DNA of 62,284 nucleotides, the filler included. It is 12 parts of 12 records of this genome, joined end to end, with 100 filler letters (N's around TTAATTAATTAA, not from the genome) between each part and the next. Parts side by side here need not be neighbours in the genome. Positions count along the whole stretch, not along the records: positions 45,561 to 50,827 come from SRR15195285_3851; positions 50,928 to 54,784 come from SRR15195285_3852; positions 54,885 to 58,080 come from SRR15195285_3855; positions 58,181 to 62,284 come from SRR15195285_3868; 8 more parts are not named here. One strand, written 5' to 3'. A program made the translations under genes and the position numbers. The notes under the pieces were generated by a model, which was not told the origin of the DNA, did no database searches, and was given only the letters and a program-made list of their open reading frames with translations. Shown in pieces: positions 46,236 to 58,382 of the stretch (positions are counted from its first letter, which is position 1; each line of letters starts with the position of its first letter).

Positions 46236-49200
46236 CTAGGCGCCTAGACGACGGCCGGGTCGGGCCATGCCTGCCGCGGCCACCCGCGGCTGCAGCTGCT
46301 CAATCAGTGCCACCAGCAACTCCCGCGGGTTGTCGCTGTCGCGCGCCTCCTCGATTGCATCCTCTGTCGCGCCGTTGGCCGCCGCGAGCTCTCGCAACTC
46401 CCGCACCGTCTTCGCGCTGAGAGCAATCGGGTCGAGTATCGGTGCATCCAACGGATCGTTTGCTGGAGGAGCAGCCACCGGCGCCGCCGGCGGTGCGTAC
46501 GGTGGACGTTTCGCTTCTACGGCATCGTCCGAGCTTTGTGCTTGGCCAGCCACAGCAGTGGCAATCAGTGCCTCCGGCTCGGGTTCCACCGCGGTGATGA
46601 CGCTGGCCGTAGCTACGGGCAACGCGACTGACACCGGCGGTGGCGGGTTGACCAGCTCGACGACATCTGACCTGGACGTGGTGGATTCGTCAGAGTGGGC
46701 GTACACCCGATTCTTGTCATTGCGTTGCTTCTTGGTGCACAACATCACGACGCAGCATACCACTACCAGCGAGCCCGCGCCGGCTGCAATGATGCTAAGC
46801 GACCCTGGTTTCTCGGTGAGATCTTCGCCGTTGCAATCGATCGGATCACTGCCCGGAGGGCAGAGCCCGGATGGTTCATCGCAGAAGCCATCTGCCAGGT
46901 ATGTGCATATGCTACTTGGCTCGCACCGCACATGCACTGTCTCGCTGGCATCACAGTTGTCGGTGTATGGTGCGCCGTCATACATGAAATCGCACTCGGA
47001 AAGGCTGGAGGCACCGTCACCACAGTGCAGGTCGTCGGCTGCAAAGGAGTCGGAGTTCCCTGTCACAGTGTGCCACGTGTAGGGACCTGCCGAGAACCCA
47101 AGCGTCTCGCATATCACACGCAGTTCTGCGGCACCGAAGCCGTCGTCGCAGACGTTGCCCCATTCCTGACCGTCAAATCTCATCTGCAACGTGCCCACGG
47201 AGTTGTAGTCGGTCGGTGAAATGCGCACCTCCACTCTCGATGCTGAGAATGCTGACATAGTGCTGGCCGGCTGAGGAGCAGAGACTGCTGGCGGAGCCAT
47301 GGTGCTTGTTTTTGCTGATAGAACTACGTCGTTCACAACAATCTCGATCGTGTTGTCGCTCTGGGTCATTGCTTGGACGGCATTCGACGCAAGCTGCTGG
47401 ACAGACGCCGGTGCGATCACATGAAAGTCAACGATGATGCTCCCAGCTCGTACTGCGTCAATGATGATTCTGTCAGCAGAAAATCCGCCCCCAAGCGATG
47501 AGGCCATCTGCTGCGCAAACGCAGACAAGAACTCTACTCGCTGGGGCGTTCCTGGTGCAATTGCTGAAATATCAGCGTCGAACGTCAACGATGTGTGTAT
47601 CTCAATAATCTCTGCCGTATCTGGAGCAGACTCTACCGCAGCAAACGCGGAGGCGATTTCATCCACCTCTGCTGGCGAAGGAGCCGACGCGTTCGAAACT
47701 GGCAGCGGTGTCAGGGTCAGCGTAGGTGTCGGGGCTGGCGCCGGCGTTGTGGCTGCAGATGTAGGTGCAGGTGCAGGTGTAGGTGCAGGAGCTGGTGCTC
47801 GTCGGCGAGATGACACTGTGGTCTGCTCCCATGGATGCCTGCAATTGATTGCAGACGCCGCCCCGGCGTTTGTACTCTGTCCCTCCGGACAATCAATACA
47901 CAATGACCTGCTTGGAGTACCATGTTTTCCTGCTTCACATCGAGTGCATCCTTGAGAAGCACCAGCGGGCGCGCTGTATTTCCCAGCATCGCACAGTGTA
48001 CACGATGATGATGCTGGAGCTGTGGCGTACTGCCCGGAAGCACAGTCGATGCAGGAGGTTTGCGTGTGGCCTCCAGCCGGCTGGTATCGCCCAGCAATGC
48101 AGTTCAGACATCTCGTGCCGTCAAGTCGTTGGCCAGCTGCACATACCAACGTAGCAGATGCACTGACACATGAGAATGATGCGTCGAATCCTGTCCGTAG
48201 AATACTACCGTCAGATGTTAGCTGAACGAGAAGGTTATTCGTACTGCTAACAACATCGGCCGGCACCGACGAGCCTGTTGCGCGTAGCAACGTCGGTGCT
48301 GATACCTCTGCGCCATCGAACAACTCCAAAAAGTCAAAATTTTGTTCCGTCGAAAAAGAACCAAAGCTGAGCTGCACCACATCACCAGACTGACAGCTGA
48401 GCATCCATCGGCAATCAGCATAGTTGCCATACAAGCCTGACTGAAATGTACTTTCAGTGCCCGAGCCAGAGAGACTTTGACTGCCAGAGCACGCTGTGGT
48501 CGATGACGATGGCGGCGGCGGCGAAGGCGGCGGTGAGGTCGACGTGCATGAATACGACGCAGAAAAGCCGTCCCCAGCGACACTCCCATCAGCTGTAAGA
48601 TGAACGCGCATCTGGTTCCCACGTGCTTCAGTTGCGGGCGGTACAGTATTGCCACTGTAGCGTCCTAGCTCTATAAAGGTGGCTCCTGGGACGGCGTCGT
48701 ACACCGTAATATAGTCATAGCTGTTCTCGAGATCGAACGTGTCGAACTCCAGAAGTACCGTCGCTCCGGTCGGGCATGAAAGGTACCATGTGCAGTCTGC
48801 GCTGTCGTCGTATCCGGACGCGAATGATTGGGCGTAGTACAGATCAGCAGGAGCCGCAGTTGGAGGACAGGTTGCTGTGCGTACAGCTGGCGCTGGCGGT
48901 GGTGGTGGTGGCGGTGGCGGCGGAGAAGCTCCTGGTGAAGCAGAGATCGAAGCCGATAGAACAGCGCATTGTTGCTCTGTGGCACAATTATGCGTCCACA
49001 CTTCTCCAACCACGACGTCTAGGCTTTCGAAGTCACCGGTAGGGCAGCAAAGCGTGACTCCATCCGAGAGGATAGCATTCGCCACACCCGTGCAGACAGA
49101 CCCGGAACACGGCACAAAGCCAGTAACCCGGTCTACGACATCTTCAACAAGGCTTTCGGGAGTTTGCACTTCCGCGCTCACTGCACTACAGATGCCGTAG

Positions 49201-50827
49201 GTGATTGATTCGTCGTCCTCCGATCGGTCCAAGATATCGTCGAATATGGACTCACACCAGTTCATGTCGTCTGTGGGTGACACCGCCATCCCGTTCTCAT
49301 CTACCGCTGGTGCCGCGATGCAAATCACGATGAAAATTGCATCGCAAACAAGACTAGGGATCCCCAGCTGCGTTGAGATCATCTTGCATGCGTCGCTCGG
49401 GCTGCAACGATCCCCAGCTGCATCCATAACGATATCACGGAACATGTCCAAGATGCCGACACACAGGTTTCTGAGCGAGAATTCCAATTCCATGATGCTC
49501 TCAAAGTTATCTTGATCAAATCCATCTTCTGCCAGCTCCGCCATTCCTTCTCCAGTAGCGATGCTTGCTAGCGTTTCAAACACTTCGCCAAATGCGGCTA
49601 CGGCACCGAAGAAGTCGACCTGACTGATTACGCAGTGCATCACGCGAGTACTGAGGCTACCAGCATAGCAGACGCTAGACCCAGCGCGGGAGGTTTGGCC
49701 CTGAGGACATGGTAGGCACACCTCCAGTCGATGATCATCATCGGGTGAATAGGTGCCGGCCTGACACTCGATGCACGTCGATACGCTAGAGCTTGATGTG
49801 CTTCGTTTCCCTGCCGGGCAGGCACTGCAGTCATGGCCATGGTGTACTGTATCTTCACACCACAACATTGTCATCCCGCAGCTATTGCTGTCCTTGCAGT
49901 AATCGCAGCGTGCCGCGGATCCGCTCAAAGTCGCGAGCATCTGCTCCACGTCCCCTCGCGAATCGGATTCGTGCGTCACACAGCTACTACACTGGTCGAT
50001 GCCGCCACCACTGAAGGTGTCGCATCCACCACCGTGACAGTCGCTAGAATCGGATGATCCGCTGTAGGAGCTCGGAGCGTCTGACGGGCAGTCTCGGCAC
50101 TCGGTCTGCCCGCGGTATGGCTGGTACTTCCCCCGTTGACAATCGTCGCAGCTGTCCTGGCCAGCGTCTGGTTGATACTTTCCAGCGCTGCAGTCTTTGC
50201 ATCTAGATGTAGATCCATCGTCGTCTTGATATTGTCCTGGGTCACAGCTGATGCACGCCCTTTGCGTTCCTGCCGTGGGCTGGTACTGGCCTGCGGAGCA
50301 CAGCTCGCAGGCTACGTCATTCGCGCCGGAGTTATACTTTCCAGCGACACAGTTGTCACAACTTGTCCCGTGCGGTACCTCGTCGTCGCATCCTGCTTGC
50401 AACGGTCCACACACACCAGTAGTGCGACAAAAGTCGCAGTCAGACTGGCCAGCGTCAAAGCCGATGTCGGCAACAATATTTCCGAGCGCCTCCCAAGCGT
50501 TCTCCAGCTCAAACGCGACTTCGGACGTGTGAGCTACACACTGCGCGCAATTACTGGAACCAGAGTAGACACTACAGGCACCGGCCACGCAATCCGAGCT
50601 CTCATCTGAGCCTGCGCTCGATGACCTCCCTGAAGGACAGTCCTTACAAGACGTTGCACCACGGATGTCTTGGTACTTGCCTGCGTTGCAGTCGAAGCAT
50701 CGTGCGCTGGCGGAGTTGGTCGAAAACTGGCCAGCATGGCAGTTGGTGCACGACGTCTCCCCTGTATCGTCTGCATATTGGCCGGCTGCGCATTCTTGGC
50801 AAGACGTCACTTCGCCACCCGTGCTGT
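46236..50827 (-). CDS. Large type-I cell-surface protein (5'-truncated): GCC2/GCC3 (ephrin-receptor-like Cys) repeats, PSI-like units, saposin-like helical region, 2x CUB, SEA-like, SRCR, TM, cytoplasmic tail
   Basis: Many CxxCxAGxY repeats. CUB motifs YDDSADCTWYL..FDTFDLENSYDYITVYD and YADCRWML..FSTEQNFDFLELFDG. SRCR motif EWGNVCDDGF..VICETLGF..DDLHC. TM IIAAGAGSLVVVCCVVMLC followed by TKKQR. Confidence 0.85.
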
Positions 50828-50927
50828 NNNNNNNNNNNNNNNNNNNNNNNNNNNNNNNNNNNNNNNNNNNNTTAATTAATTAANNNNNNNNNNNNNNNNN
50901 NNNNNNNNNNNNNNNNNNNNNNNNNNN
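50828..50927. other. Artificial contig spacer 9
   Basis: N44-TTAATTAATTAA-N44. Confidence 0.99.
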
Positions 50928-51111
50928 CGGCGGCAACGACTATGATGACCCCGGTGGTTGGGTGAGTTTGATTGCTGATGCGATTGAACGTAACGAAGTT
51001 GTCTGCGAGGACCATTTGTCTACCCAAGTTCATGGGTTGGAAATTGGTGCTACGCCGGTTGCAGCAAAACCGAAGACAAAAGTGAGTTTTTTCATCACCG
51101 ACGTGCTCATA

Positions 51112-51204
51112 AGAAAATGCGAAACTACACCACCACCATCACACCACACTACTTTGCTAGCTACCAATTCATGTGTGGGGGGTGTTTTAGTTTCGTTCTT
51201 TTCT
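51112..51204. mobile_element. Possible short MITE-like element with imperfect terminal inverted repeats
   Basis: Left arm AGAAAATGCGAAACTACACC (51112-51131). Reverse complement of the right arm (51181-51204) is AGAAAAGAACGAAACTAAAACACC. No clear target-site duplication was identified. Confidence 0.4.
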
Positions 51205-51543
51205 AAGGGGTCGCCCGCATTTAGAACCGTTTTATCCTGGGACAGGACAGATTGGGGGTGGGGGCCGGGCATAAGGCCTTATGATCCACATGTACTTTGG
51301 CGACTCGCTACTTGTCGTGGGCGGCGTGTGAGAATATGTCCACTAGACGGAACAAAGGGCTGCGCTTTCGTGAATATATGTAAAACAACACATACAAATT
51401 GAGTGTAAACATATATGGTGTCAGGATGCGGCCTTACAATGGAAATCTTGGATGCTTCTGGCCATGGAATGTCACACACACGGACTTAGAGAACGCCGCC
51501 TCGGGCGGAATAGGTGCATTCTCGAAGTTATTGCGGCCAGCCC

Positions 51544-54500
51544 TCATGCGTCCCGACCTGCCGCCACCGCCTGAGCCTTAGCTTCGCGCTGCGGCTCGAG
51601 CCGTTCAATCAGTGTTTCGGCTGCCCTTTGTCCTAGATGTAGGCAAGTTGATTTCAATTCATCGTGGCAGGCCTGAAAAGTGGGCCATGTTTCAGGAGCG
51701 TCAAACTTTTTAGGCCATGTTTCAGGAGCGGTAAAGCGCACCAACGCCGCGCGTGCCGATTTTACGCCACCATGCTGCTTGATGGTCGCCCGTGTATCCG
51801 CGTACATCGCGAAGATCGACAGCGCTTGGCAGGCCTCTACCTGCACTATGATCTGATCAGGGTGAGCGCGCATTGCCTCTTCCACGGCCTGCAAGCCGAT
51901 CGCCCGCTTGTCGGAGCTGTGGGATGTCAAACGTCCTAGCGCTAAGCAGCCGCCTGACTGCACATGTGCATCGTTGCGGTGATCACGCATTGCATTAAGC
52001 ACCAATTGCACGCTTTCCGCTGCAGTCTTTCCTAGATGCGCGAATGTTTCACAGCACGCAGCTTGCGCTTCGGCAACCTTGTGGTGACTGCGCATCGCCG
52101 CTTCCACCACCTGCACGATATCGGCTGGCAACGGTTTTCCATCGTTATAGTCCTTACCAAATTGGGCTTCCAAATTATGTGCTTGAAGTGTCAATTGCAG
52201 TTGACGGCAGCCTTCCATTACCACAATTGCGTCGCCCGGATAGCGCTTGATCAGTTCCACATAATGATCCACAGTCTTATCAAGCCTTCCCCCGTCTGTT
52301 ACCCCTGCACCTTTTCGGGCATCCTCCAACTGAGTGCGGGCGTCCTCCGACTCGACGACCTCAGTACTCAACGCCGGGTCCACGACAGCTAATATTCTTA
52401 GGACTTTCTTTTTCAACCTTTCGCGTTTGTCGTGCAACTCCTCGTCAAAATATGCGCGTCTCTGTCCCAAAAGTAACCTTTTTGACAAATAAATCGTGTC
52501 TGGGAAGCTCGCCAGGGCAGCTCTGGCCAGCTCGCCACCCTTGTGCTCCTTGATGGCCGCCCGCACTGCATCATCGCCATTTTCGGCGAACATGTGAAGC
52601 GCGTTTACGCCCTCCCGTTGCACATCCTCGTCATCGCGGTTGCCGAGCATCGCCTCTGCCACGGCGTGTAAGACGCCTCTAGACAGAATCTCCGATGAGA
52701 TTTCTGGCGGAAATCGGCCTTTATGCACTCTCTTCAAAAGACCGACCAGCACTTTGCAGCCATGCGCTTGCACAGACGCGTAACACTGAAAGCTTCTCAT
52801 CAACGCTGCGATTTTCTGCGGCTGGGGATTTTCACGGGAACCGAATTTATCTAGTTTGTCTATCAGCCTGCGTCGAATGCTTTCTTCCGGCCGCCTCCGA
52901 ATCGTTATTTGCAGCTCCGGGTATGCCTGGTCGGGGTGGAACGAAATATACTGCCGGCCAAACGTGGCGCCCTCCACCTTCAGACGTGGACCTGCCCAGT
53001 GCAAGTCTCCTTCTGTCCCAGTCACCGAATTGTAGAGCTCGTTCGGACCTGCCTTGGGGCGTGGCGGGGGGCGATGGAACGCAGAGTCTCTGTTTCGACC
53101 GGCCTCGGGCCAGTCGTCTTTCAGGCCACGTGCCACACCAGCAGCGTCCGCCGCGTGATCACCCAGGTGGCTCCTGCAGCGGGCTCCGAAGTCTTTGCAG
53201 TGACCAAGCGCGACCTTGGCCCAGAGAAGGGTGCACTCGGGCGTGTCACGTCCATCGCCGTCCGTTAACCATCCGTTGCCGTACGCGACGGCATATATAG
53301 CGTGCTGTGCAAAATAGGCACCGGCACCATACTCGCCACCCCCGAGTCGCGGATCAAATCCAACGCTGCTTGAGTCAAGGAGCTTATCCACAACTTTTGC
53401 AGGTGCGTAGTGAAAGAGCTCCTTCTCGTTCAAGGCGTCCTCTGCTTCGGCTTCCGGCTCTACTTCGGCTTCCGGTTCGGCCTCTGCTTCTGCTTCGGGC
53501 TCGGCCACCGCTTCCGGCTCGATGTCCGGCTGCCCCTCCGGCCCAGCCTCGGGCGCCGCTTCCGGCTCAGCCTCAGCCTCAGCCACGCCGTCCGCGCCGT
53601 GGGCCCTGACCAATTCTTCTCGGTAGCTCTCGTACTTCTTCCACAGAGAGCAGTTCTGAACCCGACGGATGCCGACGAGCTTGAAATCCGGCAAGCTTTC
53701 GTCGATTCGGTCGCCTATCTTGGCGTAGAGTGCCGGGTCAGCTTCTTTCGCAATATCGACCAGTACAAAGTTATTGCGACATTGGGGGCGACATCGGCAA
53801 AGTTCGGACATTGGCTCCCAGTCAACGGGCCATTGCGCAGCAGCGTCCAACTCGGCGGACATTGTGTCTGCCGAATCGAAACGATCTGCCGCATCCTTGT
53901 GCAAAGCTTTTTCTATGATGACAGAGACAGGTCCCGACACCACCCCCGCAGGCACCAGCGTCCGGATAGAAGGAACGGCATCGTTCGTGACTGCATAGGT
54001 TATTTTGTGGTACTCTTCTTCTTCTGGAGCAAAAGGGTACCGCCCGCTGATCGCTGTGAACATCACTACGCCGAGACTCCACAGATCTGTCACTTCTGTC
54101 ACGGCAACGCCAGATTTGAACTGCTCAGGCGACATGAAGTGTGGAGTGCCAACCAGTGCCTCCAGGCCTGTTTTTGTTGAATGCCCGAGGGTTTTACCCA
54201 CGGACGGTTTCGTTTCCATGCGGATCGCCGCGATCGAGAAATCCACGAGCTTGTATTCCAGATCCCCGTTTGGCAATTCCTTCATCATGATGTTGTCTGG
54301 CTTGAGGTCTCGGTGGATCACCCCCTTGCTGCCATGCATGTGTGAAAGGGCGCGGAGCACATCACGTGCCATCTGAACCACCTCTTGCCACGGAACCCGG
54401 TGATTTGGCGCTGCGTACATTTGCGCGGATAGGGTACGATCGAGAAGCTCCAGAACCATTACGCCCCGGGGTGAATCGAGGTGCTCGTGCAGAATGCAAA

Positions 54501-54784
54501 TGTTTGCGTGAGCAACCCGCTGCAACATCGCTGCTTCCCGCGTCACCTCGCGAGAACTCACGCCGCCCCGGAAGAACTTGATGGCAACGTTTCCCAGGCG
54601 TGTGTCGGTGCCTTGCACCACAACTCCATTTTGGCCGCCGCCGAGATCCCGATCTCCAACGATCCAGCGACCCGGTTGCCATCCGTCAACGACAGACTGA
54701 AGAGCGAGTTTTCGCTCTGGTCCGGGCGGGAGGGGCCAGTCATCCGGGTCTGGCGCAGGGGCAGGGGCAGGGGCAGGGGCAGCA
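51544..54784 (-). CDS. Ser/Thr protein kinase - PARP catalytic domain - armadillo-repeat fusion protein (5'-truncated, frame open to the contig edge)
   Basis: Kinase motifs: LGGGQNGVV, VAIK, HRDLKPDN, DFS (for DFG), GTPHFMSPE, DLWSLG. PARP motifs: IRRVQNCSLW, NEKELFHYAP, GFDPRLGGGEYGAGAYFA, LLWAKVALG, YNSVTG, QYISFHPDQAYPE. ARM-like repeats (VQxxGCxAL, AMRxH). Confidence 0.88.
53440..53590. repeat. Coding low-complexity (EPEAEA)n repeat inside the PARP domain
   Basis: Translation AEAEAEPEAAPEAGPEGQPDIEPEAVAEPEAEAEAEPEAEVEPEAEAED. Confidence 0.85.
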
Positions 54785-54884
54785 NNNNNNNNNNNNNNNN
54801 NNNNNNNNNNNNNNNNNNNNNNNNNNNNTTAATTAATTAANNNNNNNNNNNNNNNNNNNNNNNNNNNNNNNNNNNNNNNNNNNN
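54785..54884. other. Artificial contig spacer 10
   Basis: N44-TTAATTAATTAA-N44. Confidence 0.99.
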
Positions 54885-55036
54885 CCGCCGACCCAGGAAT
54901 CACATTGTGGTGGCGCGGATGGCTCGGGTCGCTGCGTGGGGACCGGCGTATGTAGCCGGGGCTCCAGCGTGCCGGGCCATCGTGCAGGGATCCATCGCGC
55001 TCTATAGAGCGCTGGCGGTAAGGGTGCCTGAATACT

Positions 55037-57626
55037 ATGTGGCACCCTGTGGATGTGGGCGGGCTGCTTCTGGCACTGCTTGTTCAGCACATGGCGTTGG
55101 CGGACGCAACCTGCGATAACATGACAGTCCATCAGGATACGCGTTGTCCTACGCCGGCGTACATGTGGACGAACGCTAGCTCCTGGGAAGAGTGCTCGGC
55201 AGATTGCTGCGAAACCAACGCGTGCCTCGCCTTCGCCTACGATCGAACTAGTAGCGACGACACGCCCCGCGGTCCATGCCACCTGAAGCACTACGTAACC
55301 GCGTTGGAGCCAGAGGTGGCGGGAATCGTGTGTGGCGTGCTGCCGAACGGTTTGCGGCCACAGCCTCCAGGACCGGCGCCACCACCGTCGCCGGGTCCTG
55401 CGCCCCAGTGTCCAGCGCAGCGTCCGCGCCCGGGTCCACGTCCGGCACCAGCACCACCCAGCAGCACCCCAAAGCCGCACATCTTCATGTTCTTGCAGGA
55501 TGACTTAGGCCACGATGACGTGGCCTTCAACGGCAACGAGGTAAACATCGATGTCACTGGGAACATTACCGCTGTTGCGCGCGCCGGAATCATCCTGAAG
55601 CGACATTATGTTCATTGGCATTGTTCGCCCACTAGACGAAGTTTCCTCACGTAAGATCAGAGCTACTCGTATGTCGAGCTCAGCCCGAGTATGTGCGACT
55701 GCTGACATGATGCTTGCAATAATCGGATGCGTGCTCATATACATGTAGGGGACGTCTACCGTTGCACCATTCAGAGTTCCTCTCGTCCGTATCAGACGGT
55801 GACGATATAGACCTTCGTTGGACGACGATCGCAGAGAGTGCGTACAACTTGTATGACACTAGGCATCTCTGCCAGCGCTGACTTCTTTCTGACTACGTGC
55901 AGAGTTGAAGCCAGCGGGATACATGGCTTACTGGTTCGGCAAGGGTCACACGGGCTACAAGTCCTTCAACCATTTACCACTACAGCTTGGTTTCGATCAG
56001 TTCGCTGGATTTCTTAGCGGTGCGCAGAGCCACTTCGGATCTGCGCGATGGGAAGGCAACTGCCCATGGGGAAACGCAAGCTACTCTGCTGAGATATATG
56101 GCGACTTGGCTCAAGCCACGCTCAACACCTACAAACCAGCTGGAACAGCGCAGCCTCTCTTCTTCTACCTGCCGTGGCAAAACGTGCACTCGCCCTATCA
56201 GGCACCTAAAGACTGGGACGGAGATGTACTTCGAGGCATGCTAGCCTCGACAGACGCAGCACTCGGCGGGGTTGTGGATACGCTGAAGTCCAAGGGCATG
56301 TGGGAGCACAGCGTGATTTTCTGTAAGATCAACCCGTCTTGACAGACGTTCCCAACGTGCGAGAAATGTAAACGACCATGCCTTGATGCGCTGCAAAAAG
56401 TCACTTTGATCGGCTGTGATCGGATGTTCCAGATTCCGCAGACAACGGTGGCACAGACAGAGGATCAAACTGGCCACTAAGGTAAGTATAAATAGTTACA
56501 CTAAGATGCAACTGCCAACTTGTACTTACGTGGTGGTGGTGGTGGTGGTGGTGTGAAAACAGAGGAGCAAAGCATTCGAATTGGGAAGGTCAGTGTAGCT
56601 TATACTCTGTCTCAAGTCACCATCTTCGACAGCTTCGTGACGATTAGTTCTGAATGATCCATTTGCGACGGAGCAGGTGGCATGCGAGTAGCTGCATTTG
56701 TGTCCGGTGGTCGCATTCCTACTGCCTTGCGTGGCTCAACTACTCATGTCGTAAGTCGTGTGTGGCCCGAGTGTGCGAGTGCCAGCGGGAGATGAACGGT
56801 CTTGTCCTTTAGTCTGCGTCTGGTACTGTCGCATTCTTGTCTCCCACCTTAGATTGAGGCCCCCGCTGCTAATTTGGAACAGGTAACCCACATTGTCGAT
56901 TTCTACGCCACCATCTGCGTGCTTGCTGGGGTCTCTCCAACGGATGATTCTCCAGTCGCACCGTTGCCGGTCGATCCGTCCGATCCAAAGAAAGACATCT
57001 ACAGCAATGGAGCCTGGCCATCGGTAGACGGGCGGGACCTGTGGCCGGCGCTCGTGACACATCCAGTTGTCGAGGACTACACCGCAGTGCACGCGCAGCT
57101 TTGGCTTTCTTCGGAGGTGCTGATCCAAGGGCAGTACAAACTTGTGGTAGCGCAGCAAGAGCCAATCAAGACAAACCAAGGGCCTGAAAATGGCTGGCGG
57201 TGTGGAGGTACTGGCCACCCAAGATGCGATACGTACAACTCTACGAGCTGCGGTGGCCAAATGGGGTGCGACCTGTGGGTGAAGCCAACGCCGTCCCAGT
57301 GCGCGTGCGGCTGCGCTTACGAAGACCGGAGCCATTTTGTGCCATGCCTCTTTGACGTTGAAGCCGACGTGTCGGAATTTCACGACCTTAGCACGAGCGA
57401 GCCAACCCTCAAGGCAAACATGTGGAGCGCCCTGAACCGTTCCAACCTTGAGCAGTACATGCAAGGCATTCCAGGCAAGAAACAAGCTCACGGACGAACA
57501 CCAGCGGCGCTCCTTGGCACCTGCAATAGTGCCTGCGCTGCAAAGTATTGGAATCGTTACGGGGTAGCCGGCGATCCGGGGCCGGAGTGTGGTGTGCCTG
57601 GTTGTGCCCCCGGCCATGGGTTGTAA
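55037..57626 (+). CDS. Secreted family-S1 sulfatase (arylsulfatase B-like) with an N-terminal PAN/apple-like domain and Pro-rich linker; multi-exon
   Basis: Signal peptide, then ECSADCCETNACLAFAY..CHLK. Sulfatase motifs PHIFMFLQDDLG, formylglycine motif CSPTRRSFLT|GR, GKGH, QNVHSP, SADNGG, HIVDFYAT, DGRDLW, CLFDVEAD. Confidence 0.9.
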
Positions 57627-58080
57627 AATGACTAGATTAACGGAGAAAATGCTACAAAGCTTTGCAATTGACCACGCAGCGCGTGCAATAGCGTTGAGTC
57701 TCGATGCGCTAGGTTCATTACTGCTGGTCACATGGCAGCCGCGATGTCTGTCCCACTGTCCCATCGACATGGAGATAGCCCGGGGGTTAGCCAAGTGTGT
57801 AGAGAAGGCTGCGACGGGAGGGTGGGCGGGAAGTGCTAGCAAGCGCTGCCGCTCCCACGAGTACGATCGGGATTGCTGCTAATGTCTCACGGGCACAAGG
57901 TGATAGATAGACTACGAACACACTAGATCTAGCTCTAGTAGCTCAGGTCTACACGCAATAGGCGGACAGATAGACTTTGTATCACTGGTAGACTGCTGGG
58001 GAGCAACGACAGTGGGGCGCAGCTCTAGGCGGCCGGTGCAGACTTGGTGGTGGGAAGGGATGGAAGCACGTGTAAGATGG

Positions 58081-58180
58081 NNNNNNNNNNNNNNNNNNNN
58101 NNNNNNNNNNNNNNNNNNNNNNNNTTAATTAATTAANNNNNNNNNNNNNNNNNNNNNNNNNNNNNNNNNNNNNNNNNNNN
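58081..58180. other. Artificial contig spacer 11
   Basis: N44-TTAATTAATTAA-N44. Confidence 0.99.
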
Positions 58181-58382
58181 CGCCAAATCACGTTGGGCAG
58201 TATCGCTGTGCGCGGAAAACCGCGCGCATCGCGTGCATGCGTCGTCGCGCGCGAGCGCGCGCGGCCGCGGAATGGGGAATGCCGCGGTGTGCGGCGTGCG
58301 CATGCGCGCGCGTCGTCGCGGCGCCGCCGGCACCGCGAGCTCTACCGCGGAGTCGATCGTACTCTGGAGCCGCTGGTGCAGC

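Noticed and set aside
46267-47955. Long antisense ORFs overlapping real genes (here and throughout the window)
   Set aside because: These are expected shadows of GC-rich coding sequence and lack domain motifs.
15082-54784. Apparent 'defence island' clustering of PARP, TIR-NB-ARC, GTPase-GT and kinase-PARP genes
   Set aside because: Each gene lies on a different contig separated by artificial spacers, so physical linkage cannot be claimed.
56530-56553. (GGT)n tract, plus a (GGCA)n tract near 21055-21078
   Set aside because: They are ordinary intronic microsatellites.
5969-58180. Eleven regularly recurring TTAATTAATTAA motifs within N runs, superficially like a repeat array or CRISPR
   Set aside because: They are identical 100-nt artificial contig linkers with six-frame stops and are not biological.
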